Under the pieces are notes generated by a model. It made no database searches. It worked only from the letters and a program-made list of their open reading frames with translations, and was not told the origin of the DNA. Below, piece after piece: positions 55,043 to 64,000 of a DNA stretch of 64,000 bases (position 1 is the first letter of the stretch; each line of letters opens with the position of its first letter). This stretch comes from Naegleria gruberi (taxonomy: Eukaryota). The position numbers and the translations under genes are program-made. The DNA lies in assembly GCA_000004985.1 (NCBI GenBank), contig GG738874.1, one strand, 5' to 3'.

Positions 55043-55783
55043 TGTCTATTGATGTTGTTATTATTATGATGAGTTGTGGTGAATAAAAGAATTATATTTG
55101 TTCAGCAAAATTAACGACAAGGTGATACCTACGATTTTCTGATTTTTTTTTTCAACAAAGTTTTAAAAATTTCTGGATGACTTTGAGGTGGTGTAGTTTA
55201 CAATGAAAAAATACTCGTTAAAAATTAAAGCAAGCAAAAAAACAACATTGGCTTCAAAGACAAGAATGGCTTGATAATTATTGCTGCACCAATATTGAGA
55301 ACCATAGCAGTATTGCTTCTTTCTCTTTAATGATTTGGAAACATTATTTTTATGAACTGTGTGATTGTGATTAATACCTTGGATTTTTTAAATTATTGTT
55401 ATATCCATTCCGATTTAGCAAATCGTCAATAGCTAAATAGTAGTAATATCATCATTGATAACATCCTTCTTCTCCTCCTCTGCTCACAACAAGTATCACA
55501 GATGAACAAGAACAACAAATATTAATAAAACCATCAATAACAAATTTCTTTAACAATTCCTTTCTACTCTCTTCTCAACGATCATTCTCCAATTCAACAG
55601 TTTCCTCCTTCTCTCCAATCGAAGAGAAATAATAAAAATCATTCACTTCTTGTCCACGTTGTTGCTGAAAAAGCACTTGCTTCCAACTAAATCCTCCAAT
55701 TGCGCCCGAATCGGAAGAGAGAATTAACCAATGTCCTGCTTCTCTTAGCAGTTACAAACGCATAAGAACAATCATTCAAAAAA

Positions 55784-57474
55784 ATGCCCTCAAATATTCT
55801 TGGTGTACCAACGAGTGGTATGCTTCCATCATCATCTTCTGCAAATAATAAACAGAAAAAGATAAAGGATTATCAAGGAAGAATTTATATATTTACACAA
55901 AAAGAATTGGGTAATGATACTGATTATTTAAAAATTAAGGAAATTGTTGAACAAAGTGGAGGTGATGTATCTGAGATTAAAGTTGAAGGAAAACCATACT
56001 TGATCGCTTTGATGAAGAAAATTGTTGGAGATTTGAAACCACCACACGTTTTTTTCAATGATGAATATATTGGAGTATGTTTTTAATTTATTTTGGAGTG
56101 AATAATTGAACAAATTAATTTCCGATCGTGTTCGTTAATATCGGCATTCCATCCCATTATTTCTTTTATTAAGGGCTTGGAAGAGATCAAAAATTTAAAG
56201 GAAAGTGGGTTATTAACAGTCAAGATTCAAACATGTAAGAATGCTCTCACTCCAGGAGAATTGTACAAAGTCTACAGAAAACAAGGTGATTTATTTGTCA
56301 TTTCACCAAATCACTTGTATTTCCCTCGTAAGTAGTTTAACAATTTAACATGCATGATAATAACATGATGAATATAGCTCCTTCAAAGAGATTGATTACT
56401 TGTTGCATTACACTCTACAATAGAACAGACAAATATACGGCCTATAAATTAAAAACAACATGCCCTAACAGATATATTGTAAAACCAAAGAAGGGTATTG
56501 CTCCACCCAATGGAACAGCTCAAGTTGAAATTACCATGCAAAAACCAGTTACAACTGATGAGAAGGGAGATAAATTTAGAGTGGAATCACTGGCACTTCA
56601 ATACTACAAACCAGAAATGGAGGATCAAGTTGATGAATTGTTCAAAGAAGCTGAAGAACGAAGAGTTGTCAAACAAAAGATTTCTTGTCGTTTTGAGGCT
56701 CCTCCAACAGGATTCACAGTAAGCAATAATGAAGATGGATCAATTACTGTAAAGAAATCTCAATCATCTGTTGATATTTTTGATGGTTTTCCAATTGATC
56801 AATTTTCTCAAGCTGTCAAGAAACAAATTGAGATTAATAATTCCAAACACAAGCCTCAATTTAATATTCCTGTATCAACAGAAGCCAAGCTAGAGACAGT
56901 TGTTTCTGCTACCTCACCACTCTCTGAACTCATTTTTGAATCTCCAAGAAACTTTGAACTTCCAAAACAATATTACGAAACCCCTACTGAAACCGAAAAG
57001 AGCCCTGTAACAACACAATCACCAACTATTGTCAAATCTACTTCCAATGATTTGGCCTCTCCTATCGCTGATGAAGAATCAAACAAATTGGAAAAGTTAA
57101 AGAGTAGTTCTGAAAAAATTGTACAACAAAAGACACAACAAAAAGCTGAAACATCAAAAGGACTGGAGGAATTGTACAAGGAAGAATATAATCGATTGGA
57201 AAAGGAATATGATCAAATTATTAACAAGTTAAAAACCTCAGAGCAAAGAGTGAAGGAATGCGAGCTCACCATTGATAGTCTCAATGAAAGATTGAGAGAA
57301 AGTGAACAAAATTTAGAAAAGGAAAGAGCTAAGAAGAGAGTTGATGTCTCTGTATTGGAATCATCCCTTGGAAATCGTTCAACCTTAGAATTTGATGAAA
57401 AGAATGGCTACTCACTCATAGGAATAATTGCAGTAGCTCTAATTTGCCTCTTGATTGGTAAATTAATGCCTTAA
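55784..57474 (+). CDS. VAP-type protein (MSP domain, coiled coil, C-terminal TM anchor) with an N-terminal glutaredoxin-like/SH3BGR-like thioredoxin-fold extension; join(55784..56074,56174..56327,56378..57474)
   Basis: Exon 1 ends ..FNDEYIG at a GTATGT donor and exon 2 continues GLEEIKNLKESGLL (Grx C-terminal motif, no CxxC); exon 2 ends ..GDLFVISPNHLYFP (phase 1, GTAAGT) and exon 3 begins PSKRLITCCITLYN..KLKTTCPNRYIVKP, reconstituting an MSP domain start collinear with human VAPA ([27 protein letters not shown]); coiled coil and TM tail IGIIAVALICLLIGKL follow. Confidence 0.6.
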
Positions 57475-57672
57475 TTTTTGTAATTTTACCAATTACAATG
57501 TCTAATGTGTACATTAAACGAGTAAATTTTGTTGTAAATCATTGAATTCAAAAATAATATTTGTGTTTACTGTCAAGTTGTAAGATTTGAAAATTGAATC
57601 ACTTCAAATTGTGCTCACTCTTGCTCTCATATTGTTGTTACTTAAATATTTACAAATTATCATAATGATGAT

Positions 57673-58555
57673 TTAGAATCCACAACATCCATGTTCAGAA
57701 CTCTTCTTTTCTTCATCCAAGGTAGTGACACCAGGAGTGTTGCTCTTCTTTCCTAATGTTTGGTGTTTGATACATGTTTCAATCAATTTTCGGAATGCAA
57801 CATGAATATTATAGTCATTCTTAGCTGATGTTTCAAAGAATGGAATTCCCAATTGATTTGCTAAACTTTCACCTTCAGCTGTTGAAACAACTCTGTCCTT
57901 TTCCATATCTGCCTTATTACCACACAAAACAATGCAAATACCTTCTTGTGTGTTTTGCTTTACTTCCTCATACCAACTCTTAACATGTTCAAATGATTCA
58001 CGATTTGTCACATCAAACACTATTAAAATTCCTTGTGCACCCTTGTAATAACCTGTGATAAGTTGAGGTTCAATTAGGTCATGTACAATATGAAACTTAC
58101 CTGCAGTAATACTACGGAATCTCTCTTGACCAGCTATTTAGATTGATGATAATAAAACGTTATTCAATTATCTAATGACTTTTTCATTAATCTTACTGTT
58201 CAAATTATTTAATATTCCGAATATAATTTTGAATATTACATACCCTGTATCCCAAATTTGAATTTTAGCTTTGTAATTTCCAACACTCTCCTTTTTTAAT
58301 TTAAAATCAACTCCAATACTATTACGATAATTGTGATCGCTATTTAAATTTCTTCGGTTTGAAATCAAACTTACGTTGCCATATGATTCTAATTTTAATC
58401 ATCAAGTATTATTTTCCAATTCATTAACGATGAAAAACACCTACCTCTAGAAATCTATCATCAGAATATCTTAAAAGCATACAACTTTTTCCTACCGATG
58501 AGTCTCCAACCACCAATAATTTACAAATGAGATTATAGTCAACATCATTCAACAT
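57673..58555 (-). CDS. Rab-family small GTPase, about 4 exons (58445..58555; ~58244..58339/58351; 58101..58133; 57673..58052); two junctions cannot be joined canonically
   Basis: Exon 1 carries LLVVGDSSVGKSCMLLRYSDDRF; exon 2 carries ..NYRNSIGVDFKLK..AKIQIWDT; exon 3 carries AGQERFRSITA; exon 4 carries GYYKGAQGILIVFDVT..GNKAD..ETSAK..GCCGF (CCxx); the exon 3/4 junction is clean (GTAAGT..CACAG, 48 nt). Confidence 0.55.
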
Positions 58556-58952
58556 TTTAATTCTTTTTAAATTGAAAAATATACAATGAAAACTTCGGAA
58601 TGTTTTTCCAACAACTATTATTAGCTGATGATATAAAATTACAGAATACCAAGATGAGAAGTAGTATAAATATTGAAAAAGACTTTGCAATGATGATGAA
58701 ACTCTCTTCAGCACGTTTGATACTCCTTTATCCAGATATTTTTTGTGGTTATTATTTTGTGCTTTTTGCTGTTGTTGGATTAAGAGAAGGAGTCGGCTTG
58801 ACAGTTCTAATTGGAAATGATAAATTAGATTCGAATTGGAGAGGACGTGTGAGAAAAGTTAGACATAAACTACATAAAACAGTAAAGAAAAAAAAAAAAA
58901 AATCGATTAATTGATTAAGGAGATATTAAGTCAAAGTTCATAATGAATGAAA

Positions 58953-59026
58953 GCAGCGATAGATCAGTTGGTTAGATCGTAAGCCTAACACGCTTAAGGT
59001 CGCGGGTTCAAGCCCCGCTCGCTGTA
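58953..59026 (+). tRNA. tRNA-Val (anticodon AAC)
   Basis: 74-nt cloverleaf: acceptor GCAGCGA/TCGCTGT (G1·U72), D-arm TAGATCAGTTGGTTAGATC, anticodon stem-loop TAAGC-CTAACAC-GCTTA, T-arm GCGGGTTCAAGCCCCGC. Confidence 0.85.
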
Positions 59027-59144
59027 TCCTTTTGCTCAAATTCTTGTTTGGTTAAATTGCAATAATATTTTGACAGTACCAGTGTGTAAACAACAGGTAC
59101 GTAGATTTTGAATTTGAATGAGGTACCGTTTTCACTTAGAATAT

Positions 59145-62100
59145 TTATTTCTTTTCAGATTCATCTATTACAGAATTTTCATAATAATTCTTGAGTTCTT
59201 GCTGTTCTTGTTCAACAAGCTTGTTAGAACTCGAAGGAGTATGATAGGAAACTTCTAGATCACATCCAAGTGGATTTTCATGATGTTTCTCCTTCAATAA
59301 ATAGGTTTGAGAAAGTCCTTTTCCTTTCACTTCAACCATTCTCTCTTCAAACTCAAATAAATCATAAACTCTTCCATAGGTAGATCTGGAAATTTGAATT
59401 CTTCCTGGAAGTGAAGTTGATTCCATTCGAGAGGCAGTATTGATTGTATCTCCCCACAAATCGTAGGCAAACTTTTTAAATCCAATCACTCCACCAACTG
59501 CATCTCCTGTGTGAAGACCAATTCTCAAATTAATGGCTGTGTTATTACTCTGATTGATATTTTTCAAGAAGGACATGATTTCAATGGCAAATCTCAACAT
59601 TCTTTCTGGATGATCCGATGACTTGCTTGAATGTAAACCACTCACACAGAAATAAGCATCTCCAATGGTCTTAATCTTGTCAACCAAGTGAACTTCTGTC
59701 AACTTGTCAAATCCTTGAACAATTAAATTCAATATTTGTACCAACTCACTTGGTTGTAATTTTGAACTCCAAGCTGTAAAGCCAACCATGTCACTGAAAA
59801 ATACAGTGATATCATTCACTTTTTCATATAAATTCTCTTCTCCATTTTTCAATCTTGAAGCCATTGACATTGGCAATATATTCAATAATAAATCTTCACT
59901 CTTCTTCTTTTCCTCTGCAATCAAAATACTCTGTTTCTTTTCAGGTGTAATATCTCGAACAAAAACAATCAAAATTTGCTTCTTTTCATGAATTGAAATT
60001 GAAACTGAAACTTTTGAGGAGAATGAAGTCTTGTTCTTTCTCAGAGCCATTGCTTCAAATGCATCATGACTTTCACCTGTTGAAATTAATTTGGTTATTC
60101 TTTGAGAATACTCATCTGTGAATAGAGATTGAATGGAGAGTCCCAAAACTTGTGACCTCGAATGTCCAAACATTTCCTCAGCTGAATTGTTGAAAATGGT
60201 GATATTTCCATCCTTATCACAAATAATGGCAGAATCAACACCTCCATTCAAAATAGTCTTGACCATTTCAATCTTGTCTTCCTTTTCATCGGAACTCATC
60301 TCAAATTTGGACATTAACTTTGTTATCTTTGAGGATGAAGGAATAGAATTACTCATGACATAATCTTTCAAAATCAAATTATTGTCAATCAATTCCAAAT
60401 TTACATAATTCAACATCATTCTCAAACATGCTCTTTCCTTCCAATATCTTTTCAATGAAGAGTAACAAATCAATGCGTATAAAAGTGTGGCAACAAAGCA
60501 CAACACAATCATGCTAGCTGTTAGGCCAATACTTGAAATCTTCTCGTGTTCTACAAGGGTGGATATAAGAAGTTGTAAATTGGTAGTTATTGTTTGTGTT
60601 ATGTAAAAAATGTCTGTAAAATAAGCAGTCACCATTTGTGTCATACTCTTTTGTTGCCCAAAGAATACTTCGTTGTAATCTAAAGACTTGGTAATATAAT
60701 CCGTCAGTGCAATGGTCAAACTATGACAAGGATCTTCCATAGGAATGGTATCGTTACAAAAGTCTCCTAATATATAGTCTACATCTTGATATTTTCCAAC
60801 AACGGCTGATTGATAGGATGTTGATTCATCACCCACAATCACATAATTCCAGTAAGTTCTCAAGTCAAGTAAATCTTGCTTATTTTCCTCATTGAATATC
60901 AAAGGCAAAGTAGTGAGGTACTTTACTCTTTGAAAGTACCAAAGTAACCTAAAGTTGGTTCTACTTGTTCTTAGGGAAACTGCATTGATTGAACCAACAA
61001 CATTCATAGATTGGGAACTATTTTTGGTATTTGATTGTAGCTCTACAACAACCAAGACGGAACATAGGCAAACAATTATGACGAGTACAAAACTTCCCAT
61101 CATTACTAAATTTCTCATTTTAAAAAAGGAATTAGACGAGCTTATTGAGTCATCAATTTTCTTGTCAAAATTGTGATAAACCTTTCCGACTTCGTCTTTT
61201 GCAATCCTTCTGAATACCTCCCTTAGCTCAGTGACTATTCGTCTGGCATGCACAAAGATAATGGAAAAGTAAATCATTACAATTAGTAGATACGTGGTTA
61301 GAACAGAAATCACAGTAATCCATAATTGCTCAAAATTAGCTTCCAAAACATCAATACTTTCTTCAACAAATTTTGAACACAGACCATTAAAAGCTAGAGA
61401 CATGGATATTCTATTGTAAAATAGAAATAGGTATGGATAATTATCATCTAAATGGGATGTTAACACCTCAATATTATTAAATTGCTTCAACAACGTTTTA
61501 CCGTGTGTTAATATTGAAGACAAGTAGAATTGAATAGATGTATTGGTAGACTTATATCCTGGAATATCGCTTGTTCCGTCCAGTGATTCATTAGCAATAG
61601 GAAGTTTAAGATCATACTGATTTTTCAAATATTCCTTAGCAACTTCAGGCATTAACAAATTATTATCGCCTGCATAGATGACAGTACCAACTGTATCTAA
61701 CAATGTCTTTGTGTATATAATTGTAGAGTTGAGTAATTTTTCAGTATTGTTTCCTCTTGAATAGAACTCGGTTTGAAGAGCTCCTATTTGTGCCAATAAC
61801 TTGTAAGGCACAGATGTCATTAAGCATACTTTCTCTTGCATGGACATTCTTTGGTTAATACTCTGAGAAAATGAAAAGGCTATTGGAGCAACAATACATA
61901 TAGTAGACAATGAGACAACACAAAAAATGAAAAACAATACAGAATACACAACCGTTGACATTGGTGTGTTAATGGCTGTGCGCAAGATATGATCTTTTCT
62001 ATCTTCATTATCCTCGGCAGTTACACTTACAGAATCCCAATTTTCCAAGTTGGCTCTTTGTGAGTCTATACTGAATCTAGAGGTAGTTCCTTTGTGAAAT

Positions 62101-64000
62101 GATTCGTGGGCTTTGGATATTTGGAGAGTTGATCTATTCTTCTTATCATCATCATTGTCCTGTGCTTCTTCAAATAAATCTCTTGCCAAATTGATTTCCC
62201 ATTTGTATTTTTCCAAATATGAGGCATAGGATCTGAGAAGTGTCTTGTTGGATCGGTTGGCAATCAATAAATTGTCATAGATGGTGTCACATTCATTGTA
62301 AATGGAACAGCTTGTTCTATTGATGTGCTCCAATTTATCAATGGATGGTTTGTCATTCAGTAATTCTTTGAAGAATGATTTGTGACATCTAGATAAGGAT
62401 TTGACTTTCTTTTCAACCACTGCAAGTTTTCTCAAAACTTCAAGATTATTTCCATGGAATGCATGATATTCAATCTCTTCATTTCTCAACATGATGTTGA
62501 ACAATTGAGCTAGTGATGGTGAATTTCTTTGAGCTTTTTGTAAAAGAGCCAAACCAATACTGTATGATTGAGAATCATCATATTCCTCAATTCCACCAAA
62601 TGAAACAAATAATGCACTCACAATCATCAAATCAACATTTTCAATTGATTTCACAAATGTATTCACACTGTGCTTGGCCAAATCAAAATCACTTCCTTCT
62701 TCTGTTTTGAGCTCTGATTTGCAATTCATTGAAAATCGAATGAAGAGTGCCAAATTGTCTTGTCTCTTTTTGGAATCATCCAATGTTAATAAAATATTTG
62801 AACTATCTGCCTTGTTGGAAATTAAATTTCTGATTGATTTCAATTTACGTGAAATGAAAAAGTGAGCACCAATAAAACCAAGAATGAATGAAAGAATGGC
62901 AAGTACACAAGTAACAACAGTCATAATTCCACCAATCACTTGTTGGTCCAATGAAGTTGAAATGAACTGCAAAATTAATGGTGAAATTGGAGTGAATGCT
63001 TTCAATGAAATGAAGGCAATATATAAACAATTCTCCCATTTCCTGAAGAATGGCAATGTTTTCAACATGATTACCAATAATAGTAAATTCATGACAATTT
63101 TCAAAATTGAAGCAATGAATGAATATTGAGATGTGCAAAGAATGGTGGCAACTAAACTCAATTGATTTACCAAATTGAAGAGTATGAATGTTGAAGTTGA
63201 ATACATGGAGAATAAAATCTTTCTATTCAATTCAGCACTTGTTTCAACTGTCAAATAACTTGCAAGCATTGTCAGGACAATATTCAACAGAATACCTATG
63301 CATGCAATGGCCGTAAATATGATTTGTAGCACTGAAGAGAAGTCTTCATTTGGAAAGTAATAGAGTGATCCAATTGAAGAAGTACTTGGAGTAATTAAAA
63401 TACAATGAACTGAGAGCATGAATAAGGAAAAGGTTCTCTGAAATATCAATGAATTCAAAACAAATGATTTGAACTTTTCAAAGAATTTTCCTCCCTTTCT
63501 TGATGCCCATTTACAATAATAAATGGCCAATCCTGTCATGATTTGTAAAACAACAAACAACACAGATAAGGCAACAATAAGATAATAAGGATAGAATTCA
63601 GAGGCCAAATTGAGTGGAAAATACAAAGCTCTCCAAATCCAACCTGGAATCACTCCCCACATCTTGTTAGAAATGCCACTTGTCAATGTTGTTGAGTTAT
63701 CATCCACCAAAGGTGTTGTAATGGAAGAAACAATGATTGAATTATAAATCAAATAGGCATGATAGAATATCATCCAAAAGAACATGTAAGTATTCTCTTT
63801 CCCAATCAATGACTCTTTGGATCTTAGTGTGGTTACAAATGAGAACAAACTAATTCCTGCAGTATTCACTATGCTTTTCCCTGACAAGGAGGAAGCATAC
63901 GAACCAGATGTGGCAGAAGTCCCTCCACCAAACTGAGAATTACTATCACCACCATCATTAGTGGTTCTATTGGGGTGAATAGAGAATTGAGGTTGTGCTA
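59145..64000 (-). CDS. multi-pass transmembrane, PAS-domain, class III adenylate/guanylate cyclase; 5'-partial (the frame stays open past the window end)
   Basis: More than 1600 codons in one frame; two clusters of TM helices; PAS-like segment (DKDGNITIFNNSAEEMFGHSRSQVLGLSIQSLF); class III cyclase core (FFSDMVGFT..KIKTIGDAYFCVSG..GLHTGDAVGGVIG..WGDTINTASRMES); the listed M at 63887 is a TTG, and the upstream frame has no stop to the end of the sequence. Confidence 0.8.
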   Translation of the reverse strand, partial: AQPQFSIHPNRTTNDGGDSNSQFGGGTSATSGSYASSLSGKSIVNTAGISLFSFVTTLRSKESLIGKENTYMFFWMIFYHAYLIYNSIIVSSITTPLVDDNSTTLTSGISNKMWGVIPGWIWRALYFPLNLASEFYPYYLIVALSVLFVVLQIMTGLAIYYCKWASRKGGKFFEKFKSFVLNSLIFQRTFSLFMLSVHCILITPSTSSIGSLYYFPNEDFSSVLQIIFTAIACIGILLNIVLTMLASYLTVETSAELNRKILFSMYSTSTFILFNLVNQLSLVATILCTSQYSFIASILKIVMNLLLLVIMLKTLPFFRKWENCLYIAFISLKAFTPISPLILQFISTSLDQQVIGGIMTVVTCVLAILSFILGFIGAHFFISRKLKSIRNLISNKADSSNILLTLDDSKKRQDNLALFIRFSMNCKSELKTEEGSDFDLAKHSVNTFVKSIENVDLMIVSALFVSFGGIEEYDDSQSYSIGLALLQKAQRNSPSLAQLFNIMLRNEEIEYHAFHGNNLEVLRKLAVVEKKVKSLSRCHKSFFKELLNDKPSIDKLEHINRTSCSIYNECDTIYDNLLIANRSNKTLLRSYASYLEKYKWEINLARDLFEEAQDNDDDKKNRSTLQISKAHESFHKGTTSRFSIDSQRANLENWDSVSVTAEDNEDRKDHILRTAINTPMSTVVYSVLFFIFCVVSLSTICIVAPIAFSFSQSINQRMSMQEKVCLMTSVPYKLLAQIGALQTEFYSRGNNTEKLLNSTIIYTKTLLDTVGTVIYAGDNNLLMPEVAKEYLKNQYDLKLPIANESLDGTSDIPGYKSTNTSIQFYLSSILTHGKTLLKQFNNIEVLTSHLDDNYPYLFLFYNRISMSLAFNGLCSKFVEESIDVLEANFEQLWITVISVLTTYLLIVMIYFSIIFVHARRIVTELREVFRRIAKDEVGKVYHNFDKKIDDSISSSNSFFKMRNLVMMGSFVLVIIVCLCSVLVVVELQSNTKNSSQSMNVVGSINAVSLRTSRTNFRLLWYFQRVKYLTTLPLIFNEENKQDLLDLRTYWNYVIVGDESTSYQSAVVGKYQDVDYILGDFCNDTIPMEDPCHSLTIALTDYITKSLDYNEVFFGQQKSMTQMVTAYFTDIFYITQTITTNLQLLISTLVEHEKISSIGLTASMIVLCFVATLLYALICYSSLKRYWKERACLRMMLNYVNLELIDNNLILKDYVMSNSIPSSSKITKLMSKFEMSSDEKEDKIEMVKTILNGGVDSAIICDKDGNITIFNNSAEEMFGHSRSQVLGLSIQSLFTDEYSQRITKLISTGESHDAFEAMALRKNKTSFSSKVSVSISIHEKKQILIVFVRDITPEKKQSILIAEEKKKSEDLLLNILPMSMASRLKNGEENLYEKVNDITVFFSDMVGFTAWSSKLQPSELVQILNLIVQGFDKLTEVHLVDKIKTIGDAYFCVSGLHSSKSSDHPERMLRFAIEIMSFLKNINQSNNTAINLRIGLHTGDAVGGVIGFKKFAYDLWGDTINTASRMESTSLPGRIQISRSTYGRVYDLFEFEERMVEVKGKGLSQTYLLKEKHHENPLGCDLEVSYHTPSSSNKLVEQEQQELKNYYENSVIDESEKK

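Noticed and set aside
1-64000. Prokaryotic-style features (operons, CRISPR arrays, restriction-modification or defence islands, rho-independent terminators)
   Set aside because: The window is eukaryotic. Genes are monocistronic with spliceosomal introns, A-rich start contexts and eukaryotic tRNAs. There are no regularly spaced direct repeats, and the only repeats are R1/R2, the cyclase fragment and coding trinucleotide tracts.

Overview
This window is eukaryotic nuclear DNA, not prokaryotic. Genes show A-rich 'aaaaATG' start contexts, short AT-rich GT..AG introns of about 42–130 nt, N/Q/H-rich low-complexity inserts, and four eukaryotic-type tRNA genes. Gene content is typical of an amoebozoan dictyostelid genome (Fused/tsunami kinase, twinfilin, CapZ-alpha, ATG16/tipD, 7TM-RGS, membrane bZIP, 12TM-type cyclase). 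The coding GC looks higher than in D. discoideum itself. I call about 40 protein-coding genes on both strands, many multi-exon with splice sites worked out by hand, plus tRNA-Ile(AAT), tRNA-Thr(CGT), tRNA-Asn(GTT) and tRNA-Val(AAC). There are no CRISPR arrays, operons or prokaryotic defence systems. The most unusual locus is 16.3–19.2 kb, immediately 3' of tRNA-Thr. It holds a direct-repeat-flanked unit encoding a Cys-rich protein with two tandem HNH-nuclease (ββα-Me) motifs, interrupted by one in-frame TAG, and followed by a decayed partial second copy. Other points worth a second look are: (1) a 335-bp internally deleted duplicate of the 3' end of the large PAS-cyclase gene, about 44 kb away; (2) a receptor-like kinase with a β-helix ectodomain whose conserved APE motif is only restored by a 6-nt micro-exon; (3) a glutaredoxin-like–MSP(VAP) fusion gene; (4) a Rab gene whose exon junctions cannot be joined canonically; (5) a frameshifted CCHC-knuckle gene; (6) a Rho GTPase with a 110-aa insert and no CAAX box; (7) bacterial-type DUF455 and YqgF proteins. 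The ORF track uses alternative start codons (TTG/GTG), so several listed 'M' starts are artefacts. All coordinates below come from manual reading of the sequence.
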